Source of the DNA: Flavobacteriaceae bacterium UBA2000
GTDB taxonomy: Bacteria; Bacteroidota; Bacteroidia; Flavobacteriales; Flavobacteriaceae
Assembly (NCBI GenBank): GCA_002335345.1
Contig: DDCS01000005.1
Span: 1 to 32,574, forward strand
DNA: 32,574 nt
Direction of reading: 5' to 3'
Part shown: in pieces, positions 6,999-14,992 of the stretch
Layout of the letters: every line of letters starts with the position of its first letter
Position numbering within the stretch: position 1 is the stretch's first letter
Notes under the pieces: model-generated
What the model saw: only the letters and a program-made list of their open reading frames with translations
Database searches by the model: none
Told to the model about the DNA's origin: nothing
Translations under genes and position numbers: made by a program

Positions 6999-7962
6999 AA
7001 AACCAATATCAGAATTTATACAAAAGTACTACAAGCACTTTAACGCAGCGGCCTTAGTCGATGCAGCCAAAGGGTACCAAGAGCAGCTCAATCAAGGATC
7101 CAAAATGTTAGTGTCTTTAGCCGGAGCAATGAGTACCGCCGAATTGGGAAAAATATTTTCGGATATGATTCGCCAAGATAAGGTGCAGATTATCTCATGT
7201 ACCGGGGCTAATTTGGAAGAAGACGTTATGAATTTAGTGGCGCACTCTCACTATGAGCGTGTCCCAAATTATCGTGATCTTACTCCAGAACAGGAGTGGG
7301 CATTACTCGAGCGTGGACTGAACCGCGTAACCGATACCTGCATTCCAGAAGAGGAGGCCTTTCGCAGACTTCAGGGACATATATTTGACATTTGGAAAGA
7401 AGCCGAGCAGCGCAATGAGCGTTATTTTCCGCATGAATTCATGTATAAATTGCTTCTTAGCGGGGTTTTAGAACCCTATTATGAAATTGACCTAAAGGAT
7501 TCATGGATGTATGCCGCAGCGCAAAAAAACCTGCCTATGGTTGTGCCTGGCTGGGAAGACAGTACCCTGGGTAATATTTTTGCCAGTTACGTGCTCAAAG
7601 GAGAGCTCAAGGCCTCGACGATGAAATCAGGAATTGAGTACATGACCTTTTTGGCCGATTGGTATACGGCCAACTCAAGTAAGGGCATTGGCTTTTTCCA
7701 AATTGGAGGCGGGATTGCCGGTGATTTCCCAATTTGTGTGGTGCCTATGCTTTATCAAGATATGGAACGAACAGACACACCGTTTTGGAGTTATTTTTGT
7801 CAAATTAGTGATTCAACCACCAGCTATGGAAGTTATTCTGGGGCCGTGCCTAATGAAAAAATTACTTGGGGTAAATTGGATATCCATACGCCCAAATATA
7901 TTATAGAAAGTGACGCCACCATTGTGGCCCCATTAATTTTTGCTTATTTATTAGACTATTAA
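6991..7962 (+). CDS. deoxyhypusine-synthase-family protein (homospermidine-synthase-like)
   Basis: AGAMSTAELG, SCTGANLEED, QIGGGIAGDFP and ITWGKLD, which carries the DHS catalytic-Lys context. The start at 6991 (MSKKPISEF) forms an ATGAGTAA overlap with the speB stop. The 6904 start was rejected. Confidence 0.85.
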   Translation: MSKKPISEFIQKYYKHFNAAALVDAAKGYQEQLNQGSKMLVSLAGAMSTAELGKIFSDMIRQDKVQIISCTGANLEEDVMNLVAHSHYERVPNYRDLTPEQEWALLERGLNRVTDTCIPEEEAFRRLQGHIFDIWKEAEQRNERYFPHEFMYKLLLSGVLEPYYEIDLKDSWMYAAAQKNLPMVVPGWEDSTLGNIFASYVLKGELKASTMKSGIEYMTFLADWYTANSSKGIGFFQIGGGIAGDFPICVVPMLYQDMERTDTPFWSYFCQISDSTTSYGSYSGAVPNEKITWGKLDIHTPKYIIESDATIVAPLIFAYLLDY

Positions 7963-7964
7963 TT

Positions 7965-8267
7965 ATGAGACGTGTCATCGTAGATTACAAGAAACTAAAC
8001 AACGAAATACTTGACCTCTTGGTTGATAAATTTCCCTATGGTTACGAACAAGAGGACATTATTACTTTTAGAAATGCCCAAAATGAAGTCATTGAGGCCG
8101 TAGAGGTACGCACAGAGGACACCATTTATTTGGTCAAAGTCAGCAAGCGTCTGGCGGATACCATGGAAAGCTTTCAAGATGACGACAATGATTACGACGA
8201 TGACGAAAAAGAGAGCACAGATACCCCTGAATTGTCCGATGAGGACGGTGAAGAGGAAGATTATTAA
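7965..8267 (+). CDS. small conserved-looking protein with a strongly acidic C-terminal tail
   Basis: 100 aa. Structured N-terminal about 65 aa, then DDDNDYDDDEKESTDTPELSDEDGEEEDY. It starts 2 nt after the DHS-like stop. Confidence 0.55.
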   Translation: MRRVIVDYKKLNNEILDLLVDKFPYGYEQEDIITFRNAQNEVIEAVEVRTEDTIYLVKVSKRLADTMESFQDDDNDYDDDEKESTDTPELSDEDGEEEDY

Positions 8268-8294
8268 ACGATAATTGATTTCTATATAAAGATC

Positions 8295-8708
8295 ATGAAT
8301 CCACAATTCCATTTGTCTTTGCCTTGTCGCCATTTGGAGGCGACACGTCGTTTTTTTACCGAAATTATTGGCGCCACGGTTGGGCGCCAATCAAATTTAT
8401 GGTGCGATATTAATCTTTTTGGTCATCAAATTACCTATACTCAATGTGGGGCCTTTCGATTCGACTACCCTAATTATAGTTTTGAGAAAACTATTTTGCC
8501 CTCGTTTCATTTTGGCGTGGTGTTACAACCTGCAGCCTGGAATGAACTTCATGATCGTTTAGAAAGAGAAGAATTTTTGCACACTCTGGCCACCGAGTTT
8601 TTAGCGGGTCGCGTGGGGGCACACCGCTCATTTTTTGTCAAAGATCCTAATGGATTTTTGATTGAGTTTAAGTGTTTTGATCAAGACGATGAGGTTTTTG
8701 CCCATTGA
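8295..8708 (+). CDS. VOC (glyoxalase/dioxygenase-fold) family protein
   Basis: FHLSLPCRHLEATRRFFTEIIG, FHFGVVL and FFVKDPNGFLIEFK resemble the paired beta-alpha-beta-beta-beta VOC modules. Confidence 0.55.
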   Translation: MNPQFHLSLPCRHLEATRRFFTEIIGATVGRQSNLWCDINLFGHQITYTQCGAFRFDYPNYSFEKTILPSFHFGVVLQPAAWNELHDRLEREEFLHTLATEFLAGRVGAHRSFFVKDPNGFLIEFKCFDQDDEVFAH

Positions 8709-10087
8709 TCCTTTTGGGCTTTAGAATTTTTGAGTTCCCAAAATAGATAGGCAAAAAGAAGCAGGTACTCTAGACTAAGCCAGAGCAATGACTCTTGGAC
8801 TAGTTCTTCTCCATAGGCTGTATAACTGAGAAATACGAGCATACTTCCCAACAAACCGATACGGCTTTGTGTCAGTATACTTAATACCAACACCGTGGTC
8901 CAATACCAGGGATGTACTGTGGTGGCGCAGAGCAGGTAAATTAAAACGGACCCCATCATCGCTTGGTAAATATTACTTTTTTGGGTCCAAACCCGATAAC
9001 TTAAATAAAAAATACTGAGCGCGGTAATTAAGGAGAGTGCGGGTCCAATTTGGGCAATGAGATTATAACCCTTCCACTGAAATCCGATCCAGCGCAGCAC
9101 GTAATAAATACTGGCATTAAATTCAAACTTTGTAAACCAAAGACCTGTGGTTGCTGTGTAATGGGCTATTGTTTCTGCGTTGAGCATGGGTAGAAATATA
9201 AGCCCGAGAGTCCCAATAACTCCCGTAATAAATAAGCGTATGGGTTTGATCGTTTGACTTTTTTTACATCTACCTGCGACGAATGCCCCGAGGACCGGGA
9301 GCAGCATCAAGGGGATTAGTTTAAGGCCAATTCCTATGCCCAACATGATGCCTGAAGTCAAATATTTTTTGCGCTCCAGCAGCAAAATACTGGCCAAAAT
9401 ACACACGGCCATAAGGCCCTCAAAGTGACCGTTACCCGTCAATTCAAGGATGATCAATGGGTTTAAGAAGTACCAATTGATGTATTTAGGATTCAATGAA
9501 CGATTTAACAATAAGCGACGGCCCAAGAAAAATACGGCAAGGTCTGCCAGAATTATAATGATCCTTAAAACCGATATTTGCGCTATAATCCCACGAATAC
9601 CGAGCCAATGAGGTAGGGCGAAGATCAATTGTTTTATCGGGGGGTAATTGCTGAAATTATTAGCGCTCAAAGACCCCATGGCACTTAACAACGCCCCGGA
9701 GTTTGGGAGCGTTATGCCCAGGAGTTCTGGCTGATTGATTATTGAATTTGGCGTATATAAATAGGGTGAAATTCCTTGAGCAAATAAGGCGCCGTCCCAT
9801 AAAAATCGATAAACATCTTGTGAGAGACTAGGCCAAGAGAAAATCAGTAAAATCCTGAGGATTAGGCCGGCATATAAATCTTTCTTCCATGAATTTAAAC
9901 CCTTATCTAGTGGGGCGCTCACCACACGCAACCAAGGCCAGCTCAATAACCATAATCCAGCGTAGGCGCTAAGCAGGATATTGGTTTGGCTTCGGCTTAT
10001 ATAATGCCCAATGAGGAAATAACCGACGCAAAGCAGCAGGAAAGTAAGCGCGAGTAAAGTGATATGGTTATGCCGCAGGGCCTTCAT
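8681..10087 (-). CDS. polytopic GT-C-like glycosyltransferase (DUF2029/GT87-like)
   Basis: About 12 predicted TM segments. First-loop motif SQDVYRFLWDGALFAQGISPY, similar to polyprenyl-phosphate-sugar-dependent transferases. Confidence 0.5.
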   Translation of the reverse strand: MKALRHNHITLLALTFLLLCVGYFLIGHYISRSQTNILLSAYAGLWLLSWPWLRVVSAPLDKGLNSWKKDLYAGLILRILLIFSWPSLSQDVYRFLWDGALFAQGISPYLYTPNSIINQPELLGITLPNSGALLSAMGSLSANNFSNYPPIKQLIFALPHWLGIRGIIAQISVLRIIIILADLAVFFLGRRLLLNRSLNPKYINWYFLNPLIILELTGNGHFEGLMAVCILASILLLERKKYLTSGIMLGIGIGLKLIPLMLLPVLGAFVAGRCKKSQTIKPIRLFITGVIGTLGLIFLPMLNAETIAHYTATTGLWFTKFEFNASIYYVLRWIGFQWKGYNLIAQIGPALSLITALSIFYLSYRVWTQKSNIYQAMMGSVLIYLLCATTVHPWYWTTVLVLSILTQSRIGLLGSMLVFLSYTAYGEELVQESLLWLSLEYLLLFAYLFWELKNSKAQKDQWAKTSSS

Positions 10088-10098
10088 GGCCTGTTAGT

Positions 10099-11202
10099 TT
10101 AATCCTGCCACTCGGCAATAAACAAGTTGGTATCACGTGTTCCCCCATTATTTCTATTTGAGGAAAACACTAAATACTTGCCGTCATTACTAAAGACCGG
10201 AAAGGCGTCAAAGGTTTCACTATGCGTAATACGCGTTAGATTTTTTCCGTCGGTATCAATCATATAAAGATTGAAAGGAAATCCGCGCTCAGCCTCGAAA
10301 TTACTGGAAAATAATATTTTGTCCCCGCTCGGGTGAAAAAATGGACTCCAGTTTGCATTGCCCAAACGCGTCAACTGTCGTAGGTCAGACCCGTCGGCAT
10401 TACAGATAAACAATTCCATTTCTGTAGGTTCCACGAGTCCGTCCGCCAATAAAGTCTTGTATTTTTCGATGGCTTCAGGTGTTTTTGGTCGTGAAGAACG
10501 GAAAATAATTTGGGTGCCATCGGGCGAGAAAAATGCGCCGCCATCATAACCTAGCTCATCGGTAATTTGCGTGACATTCGAGCCATCAATATTCATGGTA
10601 TACAATTCTAAATCCCCACTTCTCGTTGAGGTAAATACAATTTTGTCCCCCTTTGGCGAGACAGTGGCTTCAGCATCATAACCGGGTTCATTGGTGAGTT
10701 GCCCGGTAATATTGCCCTGTAGGTCTGCCACGAAAATATCGAAGCTATCGTAAACCGGCCAAACGTAATTACCGTTTTTTCTCAAGGGAACCTCAGGACA
10801 GGCCTCATTATCCAAATGTGTTGAAGCATAGACGAAATGAGTGTTGTCCGGTAAAAAATAACCACATGTGGTTCGTCCCTTTCCCGTTGAAATCATCGGA
10901 GGTTGATTGGCTGAAAATTCTTCATCGACATTCATGAGAAACATTTGATCGCAACCTACGCCCCAATCGGCATTGTTTGATTGAAAAAGAAGTTGCTGAT
11001 CGTCAAAACGCCAATAGGCTTCAGCATTGTCGCCTCCAAAAGTGACTTGACGCAATGATTTAAAATGCGTCTCTTCCGGATAGATGAGCAGATTATCAGG
11101 CGCAGTATTTTGCGCCGTCTCTTCTTGGGGGTCTTGCTTCTGTTGTTTTTGACCACAGGCAGCAAAAATCAAAAGCAACAATACAAGGTGTAGGTTTCTC
11201 AT
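10099..11202 (-). CDS. TolB-like PD40 beta-propeller lipoprotein
   Basis: Start at MRNLHLVLLLLIFAACGQ (lipobox). Repeated PD40-type segments SPKGDKIVFTS, SPDGTQIIFRS, HPSGDKILFSS and SNDGKYLVFSS. The longer 11316 start would run through the divergent promoter. Confidence 0.75.
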   Translation of the reverse strand: MRNLHLVLLLLIFAACGQKQQKQDPQEETAQNTAPDNLLIYPEETHFKSLRQVTFGGDNAEAYWRFDDQQLLFQSNNADWGVGCDQMFLMNVDEEFSANQPPMISTGKGRTTCGYFLPDNTHFVYASTHLDNEACPEVPLRKNGNYVWPVYDSFDIFVADLQGNITGQLTNEPGYDAEATVSPKGDKIVFTSTRSGDLELYTMNIDGSNVTQITDELGYDGGAFFSPDGTQIIFRSSRPKTPEAIEKYKTLLADGLVEPTEMELFICNADGSDLRQLTRLGNANWSPFFHPSGDKILFSSNFEAERGFPFNLYMIDTDGKNLTRITHSETFDAFPVFSNDGKYLVFSSNRNNGGTRDTNLFIAEWQD

Positions 11203-11210
11203 TTTTGGAC

Positions 11211-11218
11211 TATTTTTG
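11211..11218 (+). promoter_or_regulatory. -7 box TATTTTTG for the M28 peptidase gene
   Basis: Exact TAnnTTTG ending 15 nt before the ATG at 11234. Confidence 0.45.
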
Positions 11219-11220
11219 TG

Positions 11221-11228
11221 CAAAAATA
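11221..11228 (-). promoter_or_regulatory. -7 box TATTTTTG (minus strand) for the TolB-like/GT-C operon
   Basis: Plus-strand CAAAAATA equals an exact TAnnTTTG on the minus strand, 18 nt before the ATG at 11202. Confidence 0.45.
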
Positions 11229-11233
11229 AAGAT

Positions 11234-12472
11234 ATGCGCACAATTACAGTCCTTTTTTCCTTATTGATTTTATCTTCTTGTGGGGCCCCTTCTGTGGCTC
11301 CCGTCGACCAGCTCAAAACAGATGTAGCCTATTTGGCGTCTGATGAATTAGAGGGTAGAGAGACGGGGACAAAAGGAGAGCAACTGGCTGCTGACTATTT
11401 GGCTCAGCGTTTTGCTGCCCTGGGACTTTCCCCAAAAGGAGTTGAGGATTACCGTCAAAAATTCAGTTATAAACCCAGTACGAATCCCCATGAGCAAACC
11501 AAAGTTGATGCGCCGAGCCAAGACCAGGGGATGCCTCAAGGAATTAACGTGATTGGTTACAAAGATAATGGTGCGGATAAGACGGTGATCATCGGAGCGC
11601 ATTTCGATCATTTAGGATGGGGTGGTGAAGGGTCCCTTTATCGCGATAGCATTCCCAGTGTCCATAATGGAGCAGACGACAATGCCAGTGGCGTTGCTTT
11701 ACTTTTGTATTTGGCAGAGCGGCTCAAGGACGAGAAAAATACCCAAAGTAATTATTTGTTTATTGGATTTTCTGGTGAAGAAAAAGGTCTGTTAGGATCA
11801 AATTACTTTGCAAAAAACCCAACCATAGATTTGGCCTCTGTAAACGTGATGATCAATATGGATATGGTGGGGCGTCTGAATGAAGAAAATACTTTGGCCG
11901 TCCACGGAGTAGGGACCTCGCCAAGATTCAAACAACTCCTTTTTGCCAACAATGATTTTGGGTTGAACATTGCAGAGCATGAAAGCGGTGTTGGCCCCTC
12001 AGACCATACTTCTTTTTATTTAATGGATTTACCGGTACTTCATTTTTTTACAGGGCAGCATGAAGATTATCACAAGCCCTCAGATGACGCGGATAAAATC
12101 AACTATCCAGGATTAGAAACCATAGGACAATATATCTATGCCTTAGTCACTGATCTCGACGATGACCCCAAGTTGAGTTTCCGCAAAACGAAAAATGAGA
12201 GCGAAGAAACGCCTCGCTTTAAAGTAGGATTGGGTGTTATTCCGGATTATCTATACACGGGAACGGGAATGCGCATCGATGGCGTGAGTGAAGACAAGCC
12301 GGCACAAAAAGCGGGGCTTCAAAAAGGAGATGTTGTGGTTCGTTTAGGAGACAGTACAGTGACCGATATGATGAGTTATATGCGCGCACTGTCTGTGTTC
12401 AAGCAAGGCGATTCAACACAGGCGACTATCGAGCGCGGCGCCGAGTCTCTTGAGTTTCGGATCGATTTTTAA
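11234..12472 (+). CDS. M28-family aminopeptidase lipoprotein with C-terminal PDZ domain
   Basis: MRTITVLFSLLILSSCG lipobox. Zn-ligand motifs AHFDHLG, GADDNASGVA, GEEKGLLGS, NMDMVG and SDHTSF. PDZ-like GMRIDGVSEDKPAQKAGLQKGDVVVRLGD. Confidence 0.85.
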   Translation: MRTITVLFSLLILSSCGAPSVAPVDQLKTDVAYLASDELEGRETGTKGEQLAADYLAQRFAALGLSPKGVEDYRQKFSYKPSTNPHEQTKVDAPSQDQGMPQGINVIGYKDNGADKTVIIGAHFDHLGWGGEGSLYRDSIPSVHNGADDNASGVALLLYLAERLKDEKNTQSNYLFIGFSGEEKGLLGSNYFAKNPTIDLASVNVMINMDMVGRLNEENTLAVHGVGTSPRFKQLLFANNDFGLNIAEHESGVGPSDHTSFYLMDLPVLHFFTGQHEDYHKPSDDADKINYPGLETIGQYIYALVTDLDDDPKLSFRKTKNESEETPRFKVGLGVIPDYLYTGTGMRIDGVSEDKPAQKAGLQKGDVVVRLGDSTVTDMMSYMRALSVFKQGDSTQATIERGAESLEFRIDF

Positions 12473-12477
12473 GGCCA

Positions 12478-13482
12478 TCAATAGCGTCGACTGTAGGACA
12501 ATGAAACGTAGAGGTGGGGTTCAGCGCTGCGATTGCGGGCTGATTCGTAATGATATTTGAGGAAGACGTCATTTCGTTTGTAGCGCCAAAAAAAGCCGAC
12601 ATTAAAAAAATACATCATTCGATAAGGGGTAACCGTATAGACTGAGTTGTCACCAAGCCAATTGCCTTGTAACATGGCGTCGTGTAGCACGTAACGATAT
12701 CCAAAGCGGGTGGAAAAGAACAGTTCTGTTTCGCGTCCCAGTAATTGGCCATACGCCATACTCTTTTGAAGAGAAGATCGGCGTCCAAAATAAAATACGG
12801 CATCTTGCTCGACATAAGCGTCTTTGGTGCCCAGTGCTGCCTTTGGATTTAAGGAAAAGTAAACGGCAAAAGGCTTGGGATTCCATTGCCATTCACGGAC
12901 ATATTCGTAATAGGCATTGAGATGAAAACTATTATCTACTTGAGAAAGCCATGTGGCAATTTTAGAATCTACCGTTGCCGAATTGTGAAAGGCGCTTTGA
13001 ACAGTCTCTGAACCAGACCATGGGCCCGCAATACCAAAAACAAAATTATAACGATTCAAATGTGCTCTGCGGGTAACGGTCAGTCCATTATTAAGACCAA
13101 TAAAGCCAGCATAGGGGCGGTCTAAGAATTTTATTTTGTCGGTCAAAAGGTCTGTAGGGGTATAAATTTCCTGATACAGGACTAAGCTGTATTGACGGGT
13201 TTGTCTTTGCTCCAGTTGCTTCGGGGAAAGAGGGAGCCATCGGTGCAATCCTAAAAAACTTCCGGTAGAGTAGTAGCGATCAGTGAAATGTAAAAAATCA
13301 TTGTCTTGACGCAGTTCAAATTGATCAAAATAATCAGGGGACCACAAGGTGCTTTCTAATGAATCAATGCGTTGTGTTTGGGATTCCAGATGTTGTTCTT
13401 TCGACGCGATTAAGGTTTGCGCGTTCAGACTTGAACTGACGATCAAAAACAGCAACGCTATGTAATGAAAGATTTTGATCAT
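12478..13482 (-). CDS. LpxR-like (DUF2219) outer-membrane lipid A deacylase family protein
   Basis: Signal peptide MIKIFHYIALLFLIVSSSLNAQ. Motif RQDNDFLHFTDRYYSTGSF resembles the LpxR N-terminal NDxxxxxDRxYTxG motif. Beta-barrel-like aromatic C-terminus SLSYSRRY. Confidence 0.55.
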   Translation of the reverse strand: MIKIFHYIALLFLIVSSSLNAQTLIASKEQHLESQTQRIDSLESTLWSPDYFDQFELRQDNDFLHFTDRYYSTGSFLGLHRWLPLSPKQLEQRQTRQYSLVLYQEIYTPTDLLTDKIKFLDRPYAGFIGLNNGLTVTRRAHLNRYNFVFGIAGPWSGSETVQSAFHNSATVDSKIATWLSQVDNSFHLNAYYEYVREWQWNPKPFAVYFSLNPKAALGTKDAYVEQDAVFYFGRRSSLQKSMAYGQLLGRETELFFSTRFGYRYVLHDAMLQGNWLGDNSVYTVTPYRMMYFFNVGFFWRYKRNDVFLKYHYESARNRSAEPHLYVSLSYSRRY

Positions 13483-13489
13483 GCCCCGT

Positions 13490-14992
13490 TCAATGCTTAA
13501 ACCTGTCAAAAATACTTTTTATTAAAAGATAACCGAAACCCAAGATACAGAGTATATGAAATGGGGCTAAACCATAATCACCAGTCGTACCCATTTTTGT
13601 GGCCAGAAATAAGCCAAAAAGCGCATAAAGCATCAGAAATAGTTCCAAAACAACAGGGGCTATTGCCCCCCCCGCGGAATAATTTGCCCGAGTCTTGACC
13701 CGATCGCCCCGCTTTGCGTTAACCGTATTGACTTTTGGCGTGCGTACAAATGGAGTGATTACCCCAAGGTGTCCTTGAATAACAGCAATGGCGTTGTTTG
13801 CTGAAAGGCCAATGGCGAGGGTGAAAAAGACAATGAAATCAAAAAAGGCCTGCGCCCAAGATAGGTTGCGCTGTGTATTAAACATTTTATAGGCTCCGGT
13901 ATAGGACCAGAGGAACAGTAGTGTGGTTAGGCCAAAAGATTGGAATAAATAAAAAATCCAGGACCATTGTGGATGACTGTTTTTAATCCATAATAGGGGT
14001 AAACTCAGGACAATAAGGATCAGAACCAAAAAAAATATCGAGCTGCTAAACAAATGGGCCGTGCCAAAAACTTTTTCTTTAAGGCTCAGGTCTTTTTTAG
14101 CCCATAAGCGACGCCAAAGTTGCCTGAAATTTTGTGCCCCACCTTTATTCCATCTGAATTGTTGACTTCGTGCGGCTTGAACGCTCTGGGGTAATTGTGC
14201 CGGCGTAATAATGTCTGGGCGATACAGGATCCGCCATCCTTTGAGTTGGGCGCGATAGCTCAGATCAAGGTCTTCGGTTAGCGTCGTGCCGGACCAATTT
14301 CCAGCCTCTTCAATACAGGATTTGCGCCAGATTCCGGCAGTCCCATTAAAATTCATGAATACGCCATGGGCTTGTCGTCCGATTTGCTCAAGACCAAAGT
14401 GTAAATCCAGGGCAAAGGCCTGAACCCGTGTCAAAATTGAATGCGCTCGGTTGAGGTGTCCCCAGCGGGTTTGCACCACGCCAATTTTTGGATCCTTGAA
14501 GTAGGGCATACTGCGCAAGAGCCAATCGCTTTGCGGCAGAAAATCCGCGTCAAAAATGGCGATAAACTCACCCGTAGCCGCTGCTAAACCCTCTTTGAGG
14601 GCGCCTGCTTTAAATCCAGTTCTATGTCTTCGGTGTAGGTGTCTGATTGGGATTCCTTTTGCATTGAGCTTAGAAACGAGCGCGCCCACCATGGCGGTCG
14701 TCTGGTCTGTTGAATCATCGAGCACCTGAATTTCGAGACGATCCATTGGATATTGTATTGCCGCCACTTGTCTTATGAGCGCTTGGATCACATTTTGCTC
14801 ATTGTAAATGGGCAGTTGAATCGTTACTCTAGGTAAGTCGTCTTTTAGACTCAGGGGGGGCAATTGGTTTTTTGTGAATAGGTTTCTCGCCCCTTTAAAT
14901 TTGTGAAAAAGTAGGACCTGCGTTACGGCAAAGAGCAATACGATGAACAGGCAAAGCGCATAAATAAGGACGGTGAGAAACTCCAAGATCAT
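13490..14992 (-). CDS. membrane-embedded family-2 glycosyltransferase (CslA/MgdA/cellulose-synthase-like)
   Basis: N-terminal TM segment, VTIQLPIYNE, QVLDDSTD, FDADF, TEDLDLSYR and the QQFRWNKG (QxxRW) motif. Several C-terminal TM helices. Confidence 0.8.
   Translation of the reverse strand: MILEFLTVLIYALCLFIVLLFAVTQVLLFHKFKGARNLFTKNQLPPLSLKDDLPRVTIQLPIYNEQNVIQALIRQVAAIQYPMDRLEIQVLDDSTDQTTAMVGALVSKLNAKGIPIRHLHRRHRTGFKAGALKEGLAAATGEFIAIFDADFLPQSDWLLRSMPYFKDPKIGVVQTRWGHLNRAHSILTRVQAFALDLHFGLEQIGRQAHGVFMNFNGTAGIWRKSCIEEAGNWSGTTLTEDLDLSYRAQLKGWRILYRPDIITPAQLPQSVQAARSQQFRWNKGGAQNFRQLWRRLWAKKDLSLKEKVFGTAHLFSSSIFFLVLILIVLSLPLLWIKNSHPQWSWIFYLFQSFGLTTLLFLWSYTGAYKMFNTQRNLSWAQAFFDFIVFFTLAIGLSANNAIAVIQGHLGVITPFVRTPKVNTVNAKRGDRVKTRANYSAGGAIAPVVLELFLMLYALFGLFLATKMGTTGDYGLAPFHILCILGFGYLLIKSIFDRFKH

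Noticed and set aside
7995-8390. 131-aa minus-strand ORF antisense to the acidic protein gene and the VOC gene start
   Set aside because: It is the antisense shadow of a GA-rich acidic-tail coding region. It has no recognisable motifs and would span an intergenic gap of the plus-strand operon.
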